Below are positions 47,549 through 57,511 of a stretch of 64,000 nt of DNA, piece after piece. How positions within the stretch are numbered: the first letter of the stretch is position 1; the number at the start of each line of letters is the position of its first letter. The stretch covers positions 384,001 to 448,000 of the forward strand of contig CBDCYI010000009.1 in assembly GCA_965224085.1 (NCBI GenBank), in the 5' to 3' direction. Under the pieces are notes generated by a model. It saw only the letters and a program-made list of their open reading frames with translations. It searched no databases and was not told where the DNA came from. The stretch comes from Candidatus Marinacidobacterales bacterium (GTDB lineage Bacteria > Acidobacteriota > Vicinamibacteria > Marinacidobacterales > SMYC01). Made by a program: the position numbers and the translations under genes.

Positions 47549-48925
47549 ATGAGGAGAGAACTTAGGCGCCTATGGCTGTCTCCGTTGATGGTGTTCATCT
47601 CGGTGGCCGCCATTCAGGCTCAGCCGACGAAGAAGCTAGCGCTTGTTGGCGGGATGCTGCTGGATGGGTACGAAGTGCCACCGGTACACCATGCCGCCAT
47701 CCTGGTTGAAGACAACAAGATCGTCGAAGTCGGGCGCGCCGCGGAGATGACCATTCCGCCCGACGCCACGGTGATTGACACGCGCGGCCGGGTGATGATG
47801 CCGGGGCTCATCGAGCTCCATGCACATCTGATGCTCCTCGGGCATGGGAACTACGCGCGGTGGTTCCCGTGGCAAGCGGAGCAGGGGCTCGGCGAGCGCA
47901 CGATGGAGATCTCCGCCAAGCAGTTGCTGATGGCGGGAATTACCTCGGCGGCGGATATCGGAGGTCCGCTGAAGGAGAGCTTGAGCGTCCGCGACCGCAT
48001 CAACAAGGGGGAGATTCCGGGGCCGCGGATGTGGATGAGTGGCCCCTGGATCTCAACCACACCCTGGCGGCTTGGGGGTTTGTCCATGACGTGGCCGGGC
48101 ATCGAGACCCCGGAAGACGCGGCACGGGCGACGGAGGAGCTAGTGAGAGCGGGTGTCGATCTGATCAAGGGGCAAAGTGGCCTGTCCTTCGAGTACTACA
48201 AAGCCATGGTCGAGGTAGCGCACAAACACGGCTTGAAGGTCCACGCGCACGTGAACATGCCGCAGGAGGCGCGCGACGCGGTCGATGCCGGGTGCGATGT
48301 CCTGACCCACGTCGGCTACGACAGGCCGGCTTACGATCCCGAGCTGGTGAAGGACATCGTGGTGAAGGGTATTCCCGTCAATGTCACGGCAGCCTTCCGC
48401 GCCTGGGTGTTTCCGGCGACGATTGATTTTCCGGAACGGCTCCAGGACCCACAGCTGAAGAAGGACTTCGGGCCCGAGATTTACCAAGAGGTGCAGGATT
48501 CCTTCAAGAGCTTTCATACGCTGAGCTACTTCCGCACCACCAGCGAGCGGGAGATGTTGTTCAGAGAAGCCTCTGTGAAGCAGTGGATCGATTCCGGGGC
48601 GGTGGTCGGCATGGGCACGGATTCCGGAACACCCATGAACTTCCATACCGAAGCGCTGTGGCGGGAGATGAAGGCGTTCGTCGATCTCGGGATGTCGCGG
48701 CAGCGGGCCATTTCTGCGGCGACGCGCATCAACGCGCGGATCCTGGGCAGAGGGAGCGACCTCGGGACGATCGAGGCGGGCAAGCTGGCGGACATCATCG
48801 TGGTGAAAGGCAACCCGCTGTTCAACATTATGGCGCTGGCGGACGTGGAAGTCGTTGTCAAAGACGGGGTCGTGTACAAGGGCGGTCCCGAAGGCCGGGG
48901 GCGGGTGACCGAGAGCGAGCCATAA
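47549..48925 (+). CDS. Exported amidohydrolase family protein (paralogue A4)
   Basis: PGLIELHAH, LIKG, HAH, LTH, GTDSG; RBS GAGGAGG; signal peptide. Confidence 0.93.
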   Translation: MRRELRRLWLSPLMVFISVAAIQAQPTKKLALVGGMLLDGYEVPPVHHAAILVEDNKIVEVGRAAEMTIPPDATVIDTRGRVMMPGLIELHAHLMLLGHGNYARWFPWQAEQGLGERTMEISAKQLLMAGITSAADIGGPLKESLSVRDRINKGEIPGPRMWMSGPWISTTPWRLGGLSMTWPGIETPEDAARATEELVRAGVDLIKGQSGLSFEYYKAMVEVAHKHGLKVHAHVNMPQEARDAVDAGCDVLTHVGYDRPAYDPELVKDIVVKGIPVNVTAAFRAWVFPATIDFPERLQDPQLKKDFGPEIYQEVQDSFKSFHTLSYFRTTSEREMLFREASVKQWIDSGAVVGMGTDSGTPMNFHTEALWREMKAFVDLGMSRQRAISAATRINARILGRGSDLGTIEAGKLADIIVVKGNPLFNIMALADVEVVVKDGVVYKGGPEGRGRVTESEP

Positions 48926-49077
48926 AGAGGTTCGTCCACCGGGCGGAAGAGGCAGTCATGTCATTCCAGCCAAGTATTCGCGTAGCCATGAAAATGCTAG
49001 TTCGGTCCCCAAGGAAATCGCGTTCCGTATCCGGGTCGCTTTCTAGAGGCTGTCGGTAGGGTTGAAGGGAGGTCGTC

Positions 49078-50376
49078 ATGCCGTTCTCACGCCGCAGGTT
49101 CCTCGAGGCCACCGCCGCGGGCGTGATACCTCCCGTCGCCGGAATCACCTCCTCTGGCCGGGCCGGCGGCCAGCTTCCCGGGGAAAGCTTCGAAAAGCTC
49201 CGAAAGCGGAACGAGGGCGAGACCGTGCTCACCTTCGTCGGGGATTTTTTCCTGATGAGGGAGTTGCCCGATCACGAGGCGGCCGAAGCCGAACAGGTTT
49301 TCGACCTGTTACGAGAGTCGGACCTTGCCTTCGCAAACCTCGAAAACGGCCTTTCCACGGTCGGTTCGCCAGAGGCGAGCGGCTTTCCCAGCGTCGACTG
49401 GGGGGGCGGCTTGCGCGGCCCGTCGCTGCGCGGCCACCCCTCGCTCGTCAAAGAGCTAACCTGGGCTGGTGTGAATGCCGTTTCGCTGGCCAACAATCAC
49501 ACGGGAAACTACGGTCGAGACGCGCTCCTGGAAACCATGACGACGCTGGACGGAGCCGGCATCCGCTACGCCGGCGCGGGACGGAACGTGGAGGAAGCTT
49601 TTGCGCCTGCATACCTCAGCGTGGGCGGCTTGACCGTGGCATTTCTATCTCTCTACAGCTATTACTACCAGTATGGTGCGGACGAGGTCGCAAGCTCGAC
49701 CGAGGCCGGTGTCGCCTCCTCGCGGACCTTTGATGTCCTGCTGCAGGTGCCCTCGGGTCTCGAGAGCAGGTATGTGAATCCGAACCATGACGATCCGCCC
49801 TACCAGCTTGGTCTCCAGCCGGGCGGCTCGCACGCCGTGTTGGCTCCACTCAAGGAAGATATCGATCGCATGAGGGACGCGATCTCCCAGGCCCAGGCCC
49901 GAGCGGATTTCACTATCTTGTCGGTGCACTTGCACTGGGGCCGGAGCGGCAAGCATGACCTCCCCTTTCAACAACGGGTGCTGGTCCAGGCGGCAATCGA
50001 CGCGGGCGTGGACCTCTTCGTGGGGCATGGCCCCCACGTGCTGGGGGGAGTGGAGACCTTTCGCGGAAAGGCCATTGCTTACAGTATGGGGAACTTCATG
50101 CTCTCACGCGCGAGCGCGCCCGAGCAGAGCGGGAAGCTCTCGTGGGCTGCCCTAGAAGGGCAGCCCACGCGCCAGAGCGTGGTGCTGCGAGCAACGGTGA
50201 AGAAGAAAGAGGTCGTTGCCCTCGAGCTTCTGCCCATTGTGATTGGCGCCGACGGCCGACCGCGCTTCGCGAGGGGTGCGGGCGGTCAGCGCATCGTCCA
50301 AAAGCTCATCGGTCTCTCTGCTCAACTTGGAACCGAGATAGAAGAGACGGACTGGTTTGGGAACGTCCGTGTATGA
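49078..50376 (+). CDS. CapA family (PgsA-like) metallophosphoesterase with Tat signal
   Basis: SRRRFL, VGD, ANLE, SLANNH, HWG, GHGPHV, YSMGNF. Confidence 0.9.
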   Translation: MPFSRRRFLEATAAGVIPPVAGITSSGRAGGQLPGESFEKLRKRNEGETVLTFVGDFFLMRELPDHEAAEAEQVFDLLRESDLAFANLENGLSTVGSPEASGFPSVDWGGGLRGPSLRGHPSLVKELTWAGVNAVSLANNHTGNYGRDALLETMTTLDGAGIRYAGAGRNVEEAFAPAYLSVGGLTVAFLSLYSYYYQYGADEVASSTEAGVASSRTFDVLLQVPSGLESRYVNPNHDDPPYQLGLQPGGSHAVLAPLKEDIDRMRDAISQAQARADFTILSVHLHWGRSGKHDLPFQQRVLVQAAIDAGVDLFVGHGPHVLGGVETFRGKAIAYSMGNFMLSRASAPEQSGKLSWAALEGQPTRQSVVLRATVKKKEVVALELLPIVIGADGRPRFARGAGGQRIVQKLIGLSAQLGTEIEETDWFGNVRV

Positions 50377-50425
50377 CCCGCTGCAAGCGGGAGACGAAAT
50401 CTTAACAAGGAGGAGGGGAGAGAAG

Positions 50426-51793
50426 ATGCGAGTAACGATTCGACGAATGTGGATGTTTGTATTTGTTTTTCTGTTCTCCGTTGCAACGCTGTTGGCGCAG
50501 CCGAAAAAGCTGGCACTCGTGGGCGGCATGCTCTTGGACGGGTACGACGTGCCGCCCGTGCACCACGCCGCGATCCTCATCGAGGGCAACAAAATCGTAG
50601 AAGTGGGACGCGCCGCCGAAATGAGTATTCCAAGCGACGCCACGGTGATCGACACCAGCGGCCGTGTGATGATGCCCGGTCTCATCGACCTCCACGCGCA
50701 TTTGATGATCCTGGGGCACGGGAACTACGCGCGGTGGTTTCCCTGGCTCGCCGAGCACGGAGCGCAGCGAGTGATGGAGGTCTCCGCCAAGCAATTACTG
50801 ATGGCTGGCATCACTTCAGCGGTCGATCTGGCCGGTCCACTGGAGGAGAGTCTCGCCGTGAGGGACCGAATCAACAGGAATGAGATCCCCGGCCCGCGCA
50901 TGTGGATGAGCGGCCCTTGGGTCACGCGTTCTTTGGGCCGCTATCCTCCCGTGCCTGCGTTTCAGATCAAGGCGGAGACCCCGCAAGAGGCTGCCGCCGC
51001 CACGGAGAGGCTGGCAGAGGCCGGAGTCGACCTGATCAAGGCCTACCCCATGAGCTTGGAATCCTACAAGGCTGTCGTAGAAGCTGCCCACAAGCACAAC
51101 CTGAAGGTGCACGCCCACGTTTACCGTCCCCAAAACATCCGCGATGCAGTGGATGCTGGGGTCGACGTTCTCACTCATGTCGGCTCAGCCGGAAACCCCA
51201 CCTATCCCCCAGAACTGGTGAAGGATATCGTCGTGAAGGGGATTCCGGTCAACGTCACCGCGGCGCACCGGGTGTGGGTGTTTCCGGCGACCGTCGATTT
51301 CCCGGAACGTTTGCAGGACCCGCAGCTCAAGAGGGACTTCCCACCGGACATTTACGAGGAGGTCGAGAACTCTCTCGAGAACTGGCACACCCTGCCCTAC
51401 TTCCAGACGTCCGACCGGCAGATTTTCTTTGGGAAAGCGGCGCTCAAGCAGTGGGTTGATTCTGGCGCCGTCATGGGAATGGGCACAGATTCGGGAACAC
51501 CGATGAATTTCCACACTGAGGCTCTGTGGCGCGAGATCGTCGCACACGTGGATGTAGGCATGTCTCCCGAGCGAGCCATCTCCGCCACAACGCGGATCAA
51601 TGCACGGATCCTGGGGAGGGGAAGCGACCTGGGCACCATCGAAACTGGCAAGCTGGCCGACATCATCGTGGTGAAGGGAAATCCCCTGTTCGACATCATG
51701 GCCTTGGCGAACGTCGAAGTCGTTGTCAAGGACGGGGTCGTTTACAAGGGCCGCCCTGGCATCGGGAAACGACGACCGACCAGCGCGCAATAA
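50426..51793 (+). CDS. Exported amidohydrolase family protein (paralogue A5)
   Basis: PGLIDLHAH, LIKAY, HAH, LTH, GTDSG; signal peptide. Confidence 0.93.
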   Translation: MRVTIRRMWMFVFVFLFSVATLLAQPKKLALVGGMLLDGYDVPPVHHAAILIEGNKIVEVGRAAEMSIPSDATVIDTSGRVMMPGLIDLHAHLMILGHGNYARWFPWLAEHGAQRVMEVSAKQLLMAGITSAVDLAGPLEESLAVRDRINRNEIPGPRMWMSGPWVTRSLGRYPPVPAFQIKAETPQEAAAATERLAEAGVDLIKAYPMSLESYKAVVEAAHKHNLKVHAHVYRPQNIRDAVDAGVDVLTHVGSAGNPTYPPELVKDIVVKGIPVNVTAAHRVWVFPATVDFPERLQDPQLKRDFPPDIYEEVENSLENWHTLPYFQTSDRQIFFGKAALKQWVDSGAVMGMGTDSGTPMNFHTEALWREIVAHVDVGMSPERAISATTRINARILGRGSDLGTIETGKLADIIVVKGNPLFDIMALANVEVVVKDGVVYKGRPGIGKRRPTSAQ

Positions 51794-51967
51794 TTTGAAA
51801 GCTCAGTGTACCGCGGCGGTTCCAGTAGCGTTGGGGACGCGGTGGTTTACAAGGGGGGGCCCCGCAAGGCCAGCGCAGGTGACGGATAACGCTAGAAGTA
51901 AGAGCAGTCGCAACATAGGTCGGGCGAGAGGTCTTGTCCGGAACTTCTTAGAAGAGGAGGAAATCTG

Positions 51968-53362
51968 ATGCATGGAGAAACGAGGCGATCATGGTTTTTG
52001 CTACTCGTGCTAATGGTGGTCTGCGTGGCGGCAGCGCAGGCCCAGCCGGCGAAAAAGTTGGCGCTGGTGGGTGGCATGTTGCTGGATGGATACGAAGTAC
52101 CGCCGCTTCATCACGCCGCGGTTTTGATCGAGGGGAACAAGATCGTGGAGGTCGGGCGCGCTGCCGAGATCACCATCCCCGCTGACGCGACGGTGATCGA
52201 TACGCGCGGCCGAACGATGCTGCCGGGGCTCATCGAAGCTCATGCCCACATGGGGCTTCTCGGGCACGGCAACTACGCCAGGTGGTTCCCGTGGAAGCGC
52301 GAGCACAACCTCGAGGAACGGGTGTGGGAGATCTCGTCGAAGCAATTCATCAACGCCGGAATCACATCTGCAATCGACCTGGGAGGTCCTCTAGATGTTA
52401 GTCTCCGCGTCCGCGATCGGATCAACCGGGGAGAACTCGTCGGACCGCGCTTGCTGGTAAGCGGCCCTATGTTGAGAGGTGGGGAAGAGGCCATGCCCGG
52501 GATGGGCAAGGTCGATACCCCGGAAGCCGCGGCAAGGAACGCCGAGGCGTTGGCGAAGGCCGGAGTGGATGTCATCAAGGCCCAGATTGGCATCAATGAT
52601 GAGCTCTACGTAGCCATCGTCGAGACGGCCCACAAGTACGGCAAAAAGGTTCACGCACACGTTTACTTCCCGGATAAAGTCAAAGCCGCTCTCGATGCCG
52701 GCGTGGACGTCTTAACGCACGTGGGATCCGCCGGGACGCCCCCATACACTCCCGAGTTGATGAGGGAGATTGTGGTAAGCGGACGCCCCGTGGTGCCCAC
52801 CGGTGCGCACCGGGTGTGGGTGGTCCCAGCCACGATCAATTTTCCCGAGCGTCTCCAAGACCCACAGCTGAAAGAATATTTCGGACCCATGATTTACGAG
52901 GAGGTACAGGATTCTTTCAAGAACTGGCATACGCTACCGTATTTTGGGCCGCTCATCGGTCTCGGTGACACGCCTCGACAGATGTTCTTCGGCGACGCAT
53001 CTCTGAAGCAGTGGATTGACTCCGGTGCCGTGGTAGGAATGGGCACCGATTCCGGAACGCCGATGAACTTCAATACCGAGGCGCTCTGGCGCGAAATGAA
53101 GGCTTTCGTCGACCTGGGCATGTCTCCTCAGCGAACCATATCGGCGGCGACCCGTATCAACGCGCGCATCATGGGAATGGGGCGCGAGCTTGGAACCATC
53201 GAACCGGGAAAGCTCGCCGACATCATCGTCGTCAAAGGCGACCCCTTGTTCAACATCATGGCACTTGCCGATGTCGAAGTAGTCGTAAAGGACGGCGTTG
53301 TGTTGAAGGGCGGCCCCGGATCTGCCAGGCGACCAACATCCGATGGCGGATTTTGTAACTGA
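51968..53362 (+). CDS. Exported amidohydrolase family protein (paralogue A6)
   Basis: PGLIEAHAH, VIKA, HAH, LTH, GTDSG; RBS GAGGAGG. Confidence 0.93.
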   Translation: MHGETRRSWFLLLVLMVVCVAAAQAQPAKKLALVGGMLLDGYEVPPLHHAAVLIEGNKIVEVGRAAEITIPADATVIDTRGRTMLPGLIEAHAHMGLLGHGNYARWFPWKREHNLEERVWEISSKQFINAGITSAIDLGGPLDVSLRVRDRINRGELVGPRLLVSGPMLRGGEEAMPGMGKVDTPEAAARNAEALAKAGVDVIKAQIGINDELYVAIVETAHKYGKKVHAHVYFPDKVKAALDAGVDVLTHVGSAGTPPYTPELMREIVVSGRPVVPTGAHRVWVVPATINFPERLQDPQLKEYFGPMIYEEVQDSFKNWHTLPYFGPLIGLGDTPRQMFFGDASLKQWIDSGAVVGMGTDSGTPMNFNTEALWREMKAFVDLGMSPQRTISAATRINARIMGMGRELGTIEPGKLADIIVVKGDPLFNIMALADVEVVVKDGVVLKGGPGSARRPTSDGGFCN

Positions 53363-53495
53363 CGACAAGGAAGCTCAGGCTGTTGGATCAATATATTAGA
53401 TATTAGCGGAGCCTAGCTCCACATTGGCCTGGGGTCACCGTTTTGCGCGGCTCCAGGCCCGCTTAGATTCTATGTGAATACTCAAGGAGGGTTAT

Positions 53496-54758
53496 ATGCG
53501 AATCCCGCGATTCGTTTTGATGGCGGTTTTCATCTCTTCCGCATTTGCCGGCGCCCAGCAGGCTCCTACCGTGCTGAGCGTCACCACCGTGCTCGACGGG
53601 AGGGGTGGCATCGTCCGAGATACCAAGCTCGTCGTCGAAGGATCGCGGATCGTGGCAATCGATCCGGATGCCCAAGGCGTTACTTATGACCTCACCGGCC
53701 TCACCGTGATGCCTGGTTGGATTGATACACACGTTCACAGCAACCATCACTTCGATCGAGAGACGGGTAGAGCCCAGTTCGGGGGCGCCCCGTCCGAGGC
53801 GGACGAGGCCCTGCGGTGGGCTTCACAGGGGGCACTCTACGAGATGCAGAACCTTTACGCGACGCTCATGGCCGGCTTCACCACGGTGCAGAGCCTTGGG
53901 TCGTCCCGTTTCGATATCGACTTCCGCGATTGGATTGCCGAGGGCAGGATACCGGGCCCCAGGCTTCTGACGTGCATTCGACCGGTCCGCGAAACGACTG
54001 GCAGTCCCGACGAGATCCGGGCGTTTGTGCGGCAACTAGTTGCCGAGGGCGCGGACGTCATCAAAATTCGAGCTACCGCCAGCATCCGTGACGGCGGCGC
54101 TCAGACGATGACCGATGAGCAGATCCAAGCTGCTTGCGGCGAGGCAACGGTTCTGGGAAGGCGTTCGGCCGTTCATGCGCAGGCACCCGAAGGCGCCAAA
54201 GCGGCCGTCCTCGCCGGTTGCACCACCATCGAGCACGGGAACCGGCTGACCGACGAGGTCCTGGATCTGATGGTCCAGCATGGGACGTACCTCGATACCC
54301 ACAATGGAATACTGCTCCACAACTACCTTGAGAACAAGCACAGGTATCTCGGCATCGGCAACTGGGACGAGGAAGGCTTTGCCTACATGGAAAAGGGGGT
54401 TGCCATCGGGATCGAAACATTCGAGCGGGCTTTGAGAAAGGACGTGAAGATTGTCTTCGGAACCGACGCGGTTGCGGGTATCCACGGACGGAATTTCGAG
54501 GAGTTCGTCTATCGGGTGCGCGACGGCGGACAAGATCCAATGGAGGCCATCGTAAGTGCCACCTCGCTCGCGGCAGAGTCGCTAGGCATGCAAGACAAGA
54601 TTGGCACAATTGCACCCGGTATGGAGGCTGATATCATTGCCCTCGACGGCGATCCACTGCGGGATATCACAGCCGTCCGGCGAGTCGTCTTTGTCATGAA
54701 GGGCGGTAGGATATTCAAGAATGAATCCCTGAACGTCGGCGACAAGGTTAGTGAGTGA
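53496..54758 (+). CDS. Exported amidohydrolase (Xaa-Pro dipeptidase-like subtype)
   Basis: PGWIDTHVH, VIKI, VHA, IEHG, GTDAVAG, GTIAPG.EADII. Confidence 0.93.
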   Translation: MRIPRFVLMAVFISSAFAGAQQAPTVLSVTTVLDGRGGIVRDTKLVVEGSRIVAIDPDAQGVTYDLTGLTVMPGWIDTHVHSNHHFDRETGRAQFGGAPSEADEALRWASQGALYEMQNLYATLMAGFTTVQSLGSSRFDIDFRDWIAEGRIPGPRLLTCIRPVRETTGSPDEIRAFVRQLVAEGADVIKIRATASIRDGGAQTMTDEQIQAACGEATVLGRRSAVHAQAPEGAKAAVLAGCTTIEHGNRLTDEVLDLMVQHGTYLDTHNGILLHNYLENKHRYLGIGNWDEEGFAYMEKGVAIGIETFERALRKDVKIVFGTDAVAGIHGRNFEEFVYRVRDGGQDPMEAIVSATSLAAESLGMQDKIGTIAPGMEADIIALDGDPLRDITAVRRVVFVMKGGRIFKNESLNVGDKVSE

Positions 54759-54884
54759 GTGAGGCAAGAAGGCACTGGCGATACTCCCCCCTTCGATGTG
54801 CTCAGCCGAGGAGTTGACCGGTCAGGTCGCAGTGGCAAGCCATGCCGGCTCGCTTTGGCCGGCTCGCTTTGGAAAGTGCAGCTC

Positions 54885-56960
54885 GTGAATCGGCTTCGGT
54901 GGCTTTCGCTGCTCCTGGCCTTCTCGGTCAGTGCGCTCGCTCAAAACGAGCGTTTAGACAGGCTAACGCCGGAAAAGCGCAAGTGGTTGGAGGAGGAGGT
55001 CGTCTATATTATCAGCGAAGTGGAGAGGGAGGTCTTTCTTTCGATCGAGACTCTCGAAGCAGGCGATCATTTCGTCGAGGCCTTCTGGAGGCGGCGCGAC
55101 CCGAATCCCGCCACTCCTCAAAACGAATTCAAGCAGGAGCACTACCGTCGCTTCGACTACGCCAACAGATTCCTTGGGCGGGAGACGTCCATCCCCGGGT
55201 GGAGGACGGATCGGGGACGCATGTACATCATCCTCGGCGAGCCCCGCGAAAAGCAGGTCTTCGTGGGGTTGAACGAGCTGGTTTCCAGCGAAATGTGGTT
55301 CTATCAGGGAGACGTGGAAAAGGGACTCCCCCCCTTCTTTTATCTGATGTTCTTCAAGAAACAAGATCTGGGTGACTTCCAGCTCTACAGTCCCATCGCT
55401 GACGGACCAAGGGCGCTTCTCCAAAACCAGTACGCCTTTCGCGAGGACGATCGCCAAGCTTTCGCCCGACTGCGGGAGATTTCGCCCGAGCTGGCACGGG
55501 TCTCGCTGTCACTCGACCCCAGCGATCCCGGCGACTACGAGAGGGGCGATGTATCACTTGGTGCCGACCTGTTGATTTCCCGGATCGAGGAATCAGCTAC
55601 CCGAGCCACCCGCAACGATCATGCCTGGGCCTGGCTTCGTTACGGCAGGAAGGTGGCGTCGGAATATTCCTTCAACTTCGTCCCCAGCCGGATCTTTTTC
55701 GCGGTCTTGCCAGGTCCAGAAGCGACTTCCTTCGTTCATTACAGCATCGAGCTCGACTCCGAGAACTTCACTATGGAAACGGATGAGCGTGGCACTCGCT
55801 TCTACACCACCCTCGACGTCAGTCTGGAAGTCACTGAGCCAGGGGGCACCGTAGTGGAGGCCTCTGATAAAGAAGTCTATGTAGAGCTCACTGCCGCCGC
55901 GGCCAGCCAGGTTGGTGCTTCTCCCTTCGCTTTCCAGGAAGCGTTCCCGCTCATCCCTGGAGACTATAAGGTCACGGTGATTTTGAGGAACCGCGTCGTC
56001 AAGCAATACACGGTAGCCGAGCACGAGGTGAGGGTGGCGCCCATTCCAGTCGAAAAACCGGGGCTAAGCGAGATCATCCTCGGGTACCGCAGTGAGCCGG
56101 TGGGCGACGCAAAAGGAGGAGAGCTACGCGCTTTCCAAATCGGCGGCTACCGTGTCTATCCCGCAGCGGAAGGGATTTTCGCCTCGGAGGACGATGCCCG
56201 TGTAGCCTTTCAAGTCATGGGAAGCAGACCCGACGACCGGCTGGATATTGCACTGCTCAACGGCAAGCAGAAGCTCCAAGAGCGTTCCATCTCGTTGGAC
56301 GCGCATCCCAACGGGCTAATTAACGAAGTCTTTCCGTTGCGAGAAACGGTCGGCGGCCGCTACGAGCTTCGTGTGCAGCTCATCGATCCCTCGGGTAGTT
56401 CCGTTGCTGAGAGCTCCGCCAGCCTTGTGGTTTCACCCCGGTCGATAATATCTCGTCCAGGTTTCTACAGCCGAAGGGCTTTCGACGCCGCTAGGCCCGG
56501 GCTGCTCTCTCTGGCCCGCGGTTCTCAGCTGCTAAACTTGAAGCGCACCGAGCAAGCGCGGCTGGAACTGGAAAAAGCTGTGGCTGTCAATCCCGAGCTC
56601 GGCGTCGCGCAGTGGGGACTCGCCTGGATCTTCATCCGACAGAGAGAGGCAGAGCGAGCACTACATCTTCTGCTTCCCTTGGAAGCGAATTTCCCCCGCC
56701 AGTACGAGGTGGTGGCGGGAATCGGGTTTGCCTCCTACCTCAACCACGATTTCTCGCGAGCGGCGCAGTACCTGGAGCAGGCGATGTCCATCCGAATGCC
56801 CGATACGGTGCTTCTCAACATGCTAGGAGACAGCTATCAGCAGTTGGGGCGCCTGAACGAGGCCGAGGAGGCATTCGAACGCTCCCTAGAGCTCCGACCC
56901 CAGCAGAAGGATATAAAAGAGCGCCTGTCTGCCATCGGGCGGGACAAAGTCTCACGGTGA
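54885..56960 (+). CDS. GWxTD domain protein with C-terminal TPR repeats (start uncertain)
   Basis: KWLEEEVVYII, FWRRRDPNP.TP.NEFK.EHYRR, PGWRTDRGRMYIILGEP; C-terminal TPRs. Confidence 0.92.
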   Translation: MNRLRWLSLLLAFSVSALAQNERLDRLTPEKRKWLEEEVVYIISEVEREVFLSIETLEAGDHFVEAFWRRRDPNPATPQNEFKQEHYRRFDYANRFLGRETSIPGWRTDRGRMYIILGEPREKQVFVGLNELVSSEMWFYQGDVEKGLPPFFYLMFFKKQDLGDFQLYSPIADGPRALLQNQYAFREDDRQAFARLREISPELARVSLSLDPSDPGDYERGDVSLGADLLISRIEESATRATRNDHAWAWLRYGRKVASEYSFNFVPSRIFFAVLPGPEATSFVHYSIELDSENFTMETDERGTRFYTTLDVSLEVTEPGGTVVEASDKEVYVELTAAAASQVGASPFAFQEAFPLIPGDYKVTVILRNRVVKQYTVAEHEVRVAPIPVEKPGLSEIILGYRSEPVGDAKGGELRAFQIGGYRVYPAAEGIFASEDDARVAFQVMGSRPDDRLDIALLNGKQKLQERSISLDAHPNGLINEVFPLRETVGGRYELRVQLIDPSGSSVAESSASLVVSPRSIISRPGFYSRRAFDAARPGLLSLARGSQLLNLKRTEQARLELEKAVAVNPELGVAQWGLAWIFIRQREAERALHLLLPLEANFPRQYEVVAGIGFASYLNHDFSRAAQYLEQAMSIRMPDTVLLNMLGDSYQQLGRLNEAEEAFERSLELRPQQKDIKERLSAIGRDKVSR

Positions 56961-57464
56961 GTCCAGGAAGCGGTCGGAGGCCGAGCCGTTTCTCGTGCCG
57001 ACAGTATGCTCGGGTGAGGAGGCGGAAATTTCATAGCCGGTAGGGTCGACGGCGGCCTGAGGAACTGGCTGCGCAGTTTTTGCAAATCGAGTTGGCCCCA
57101 TCGTGGCGCGGGTTTTACGCTGGGTGGCGTTGAGCTCGTTGTCGTCGCGGGGTAAAGAAGAAAGCGGCGGAGTTGCTGGGCTTGAAGCCCACGATGATGT
57201 GTGACCAACCAACGCCGGCCCGGGGGAAGAATTAGAAACGCCGCAGCGGCGGCCGTCCATGTGATACCCACGCCGATCGCCGCATAGGTTTTGAGTGGGT
57301 CCATTTCAACGTCGCGAACTTGGGTTCCGACGATGCCAACGGCGAATAGGAGGCCAACTTGGAAACAACTGGAGGGCCCAAACAAAGACCGGCCAAAAGC
57401 GGGAGGTAGCGTCTTGTATAGTCTTTCGCTTGTCGATTTTAGCAGGTCGGCAGGCGGGCCGGGG

Positions 57465-57508
57465 AAGAATAGGAAAAATCACGCTGGTCGAGCGCGCGAA
57501 GATTAGTC
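57465..57508 (-). repeat. Orphan 44-bp copy of the IS91-like oriIS end
   Basis: 43/44 identical to 63230-63273, same orientation. Confidence 0.8.
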
Positions 57509-57511
57509 CGC

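Noticed and set aside
56961-57460. Possible membrane protein fragment on the minus strand
   Set aside because: Only two hydrophobic stretches, overlapping the GWxTD end and cut by the oriIS relic; too weak to call.
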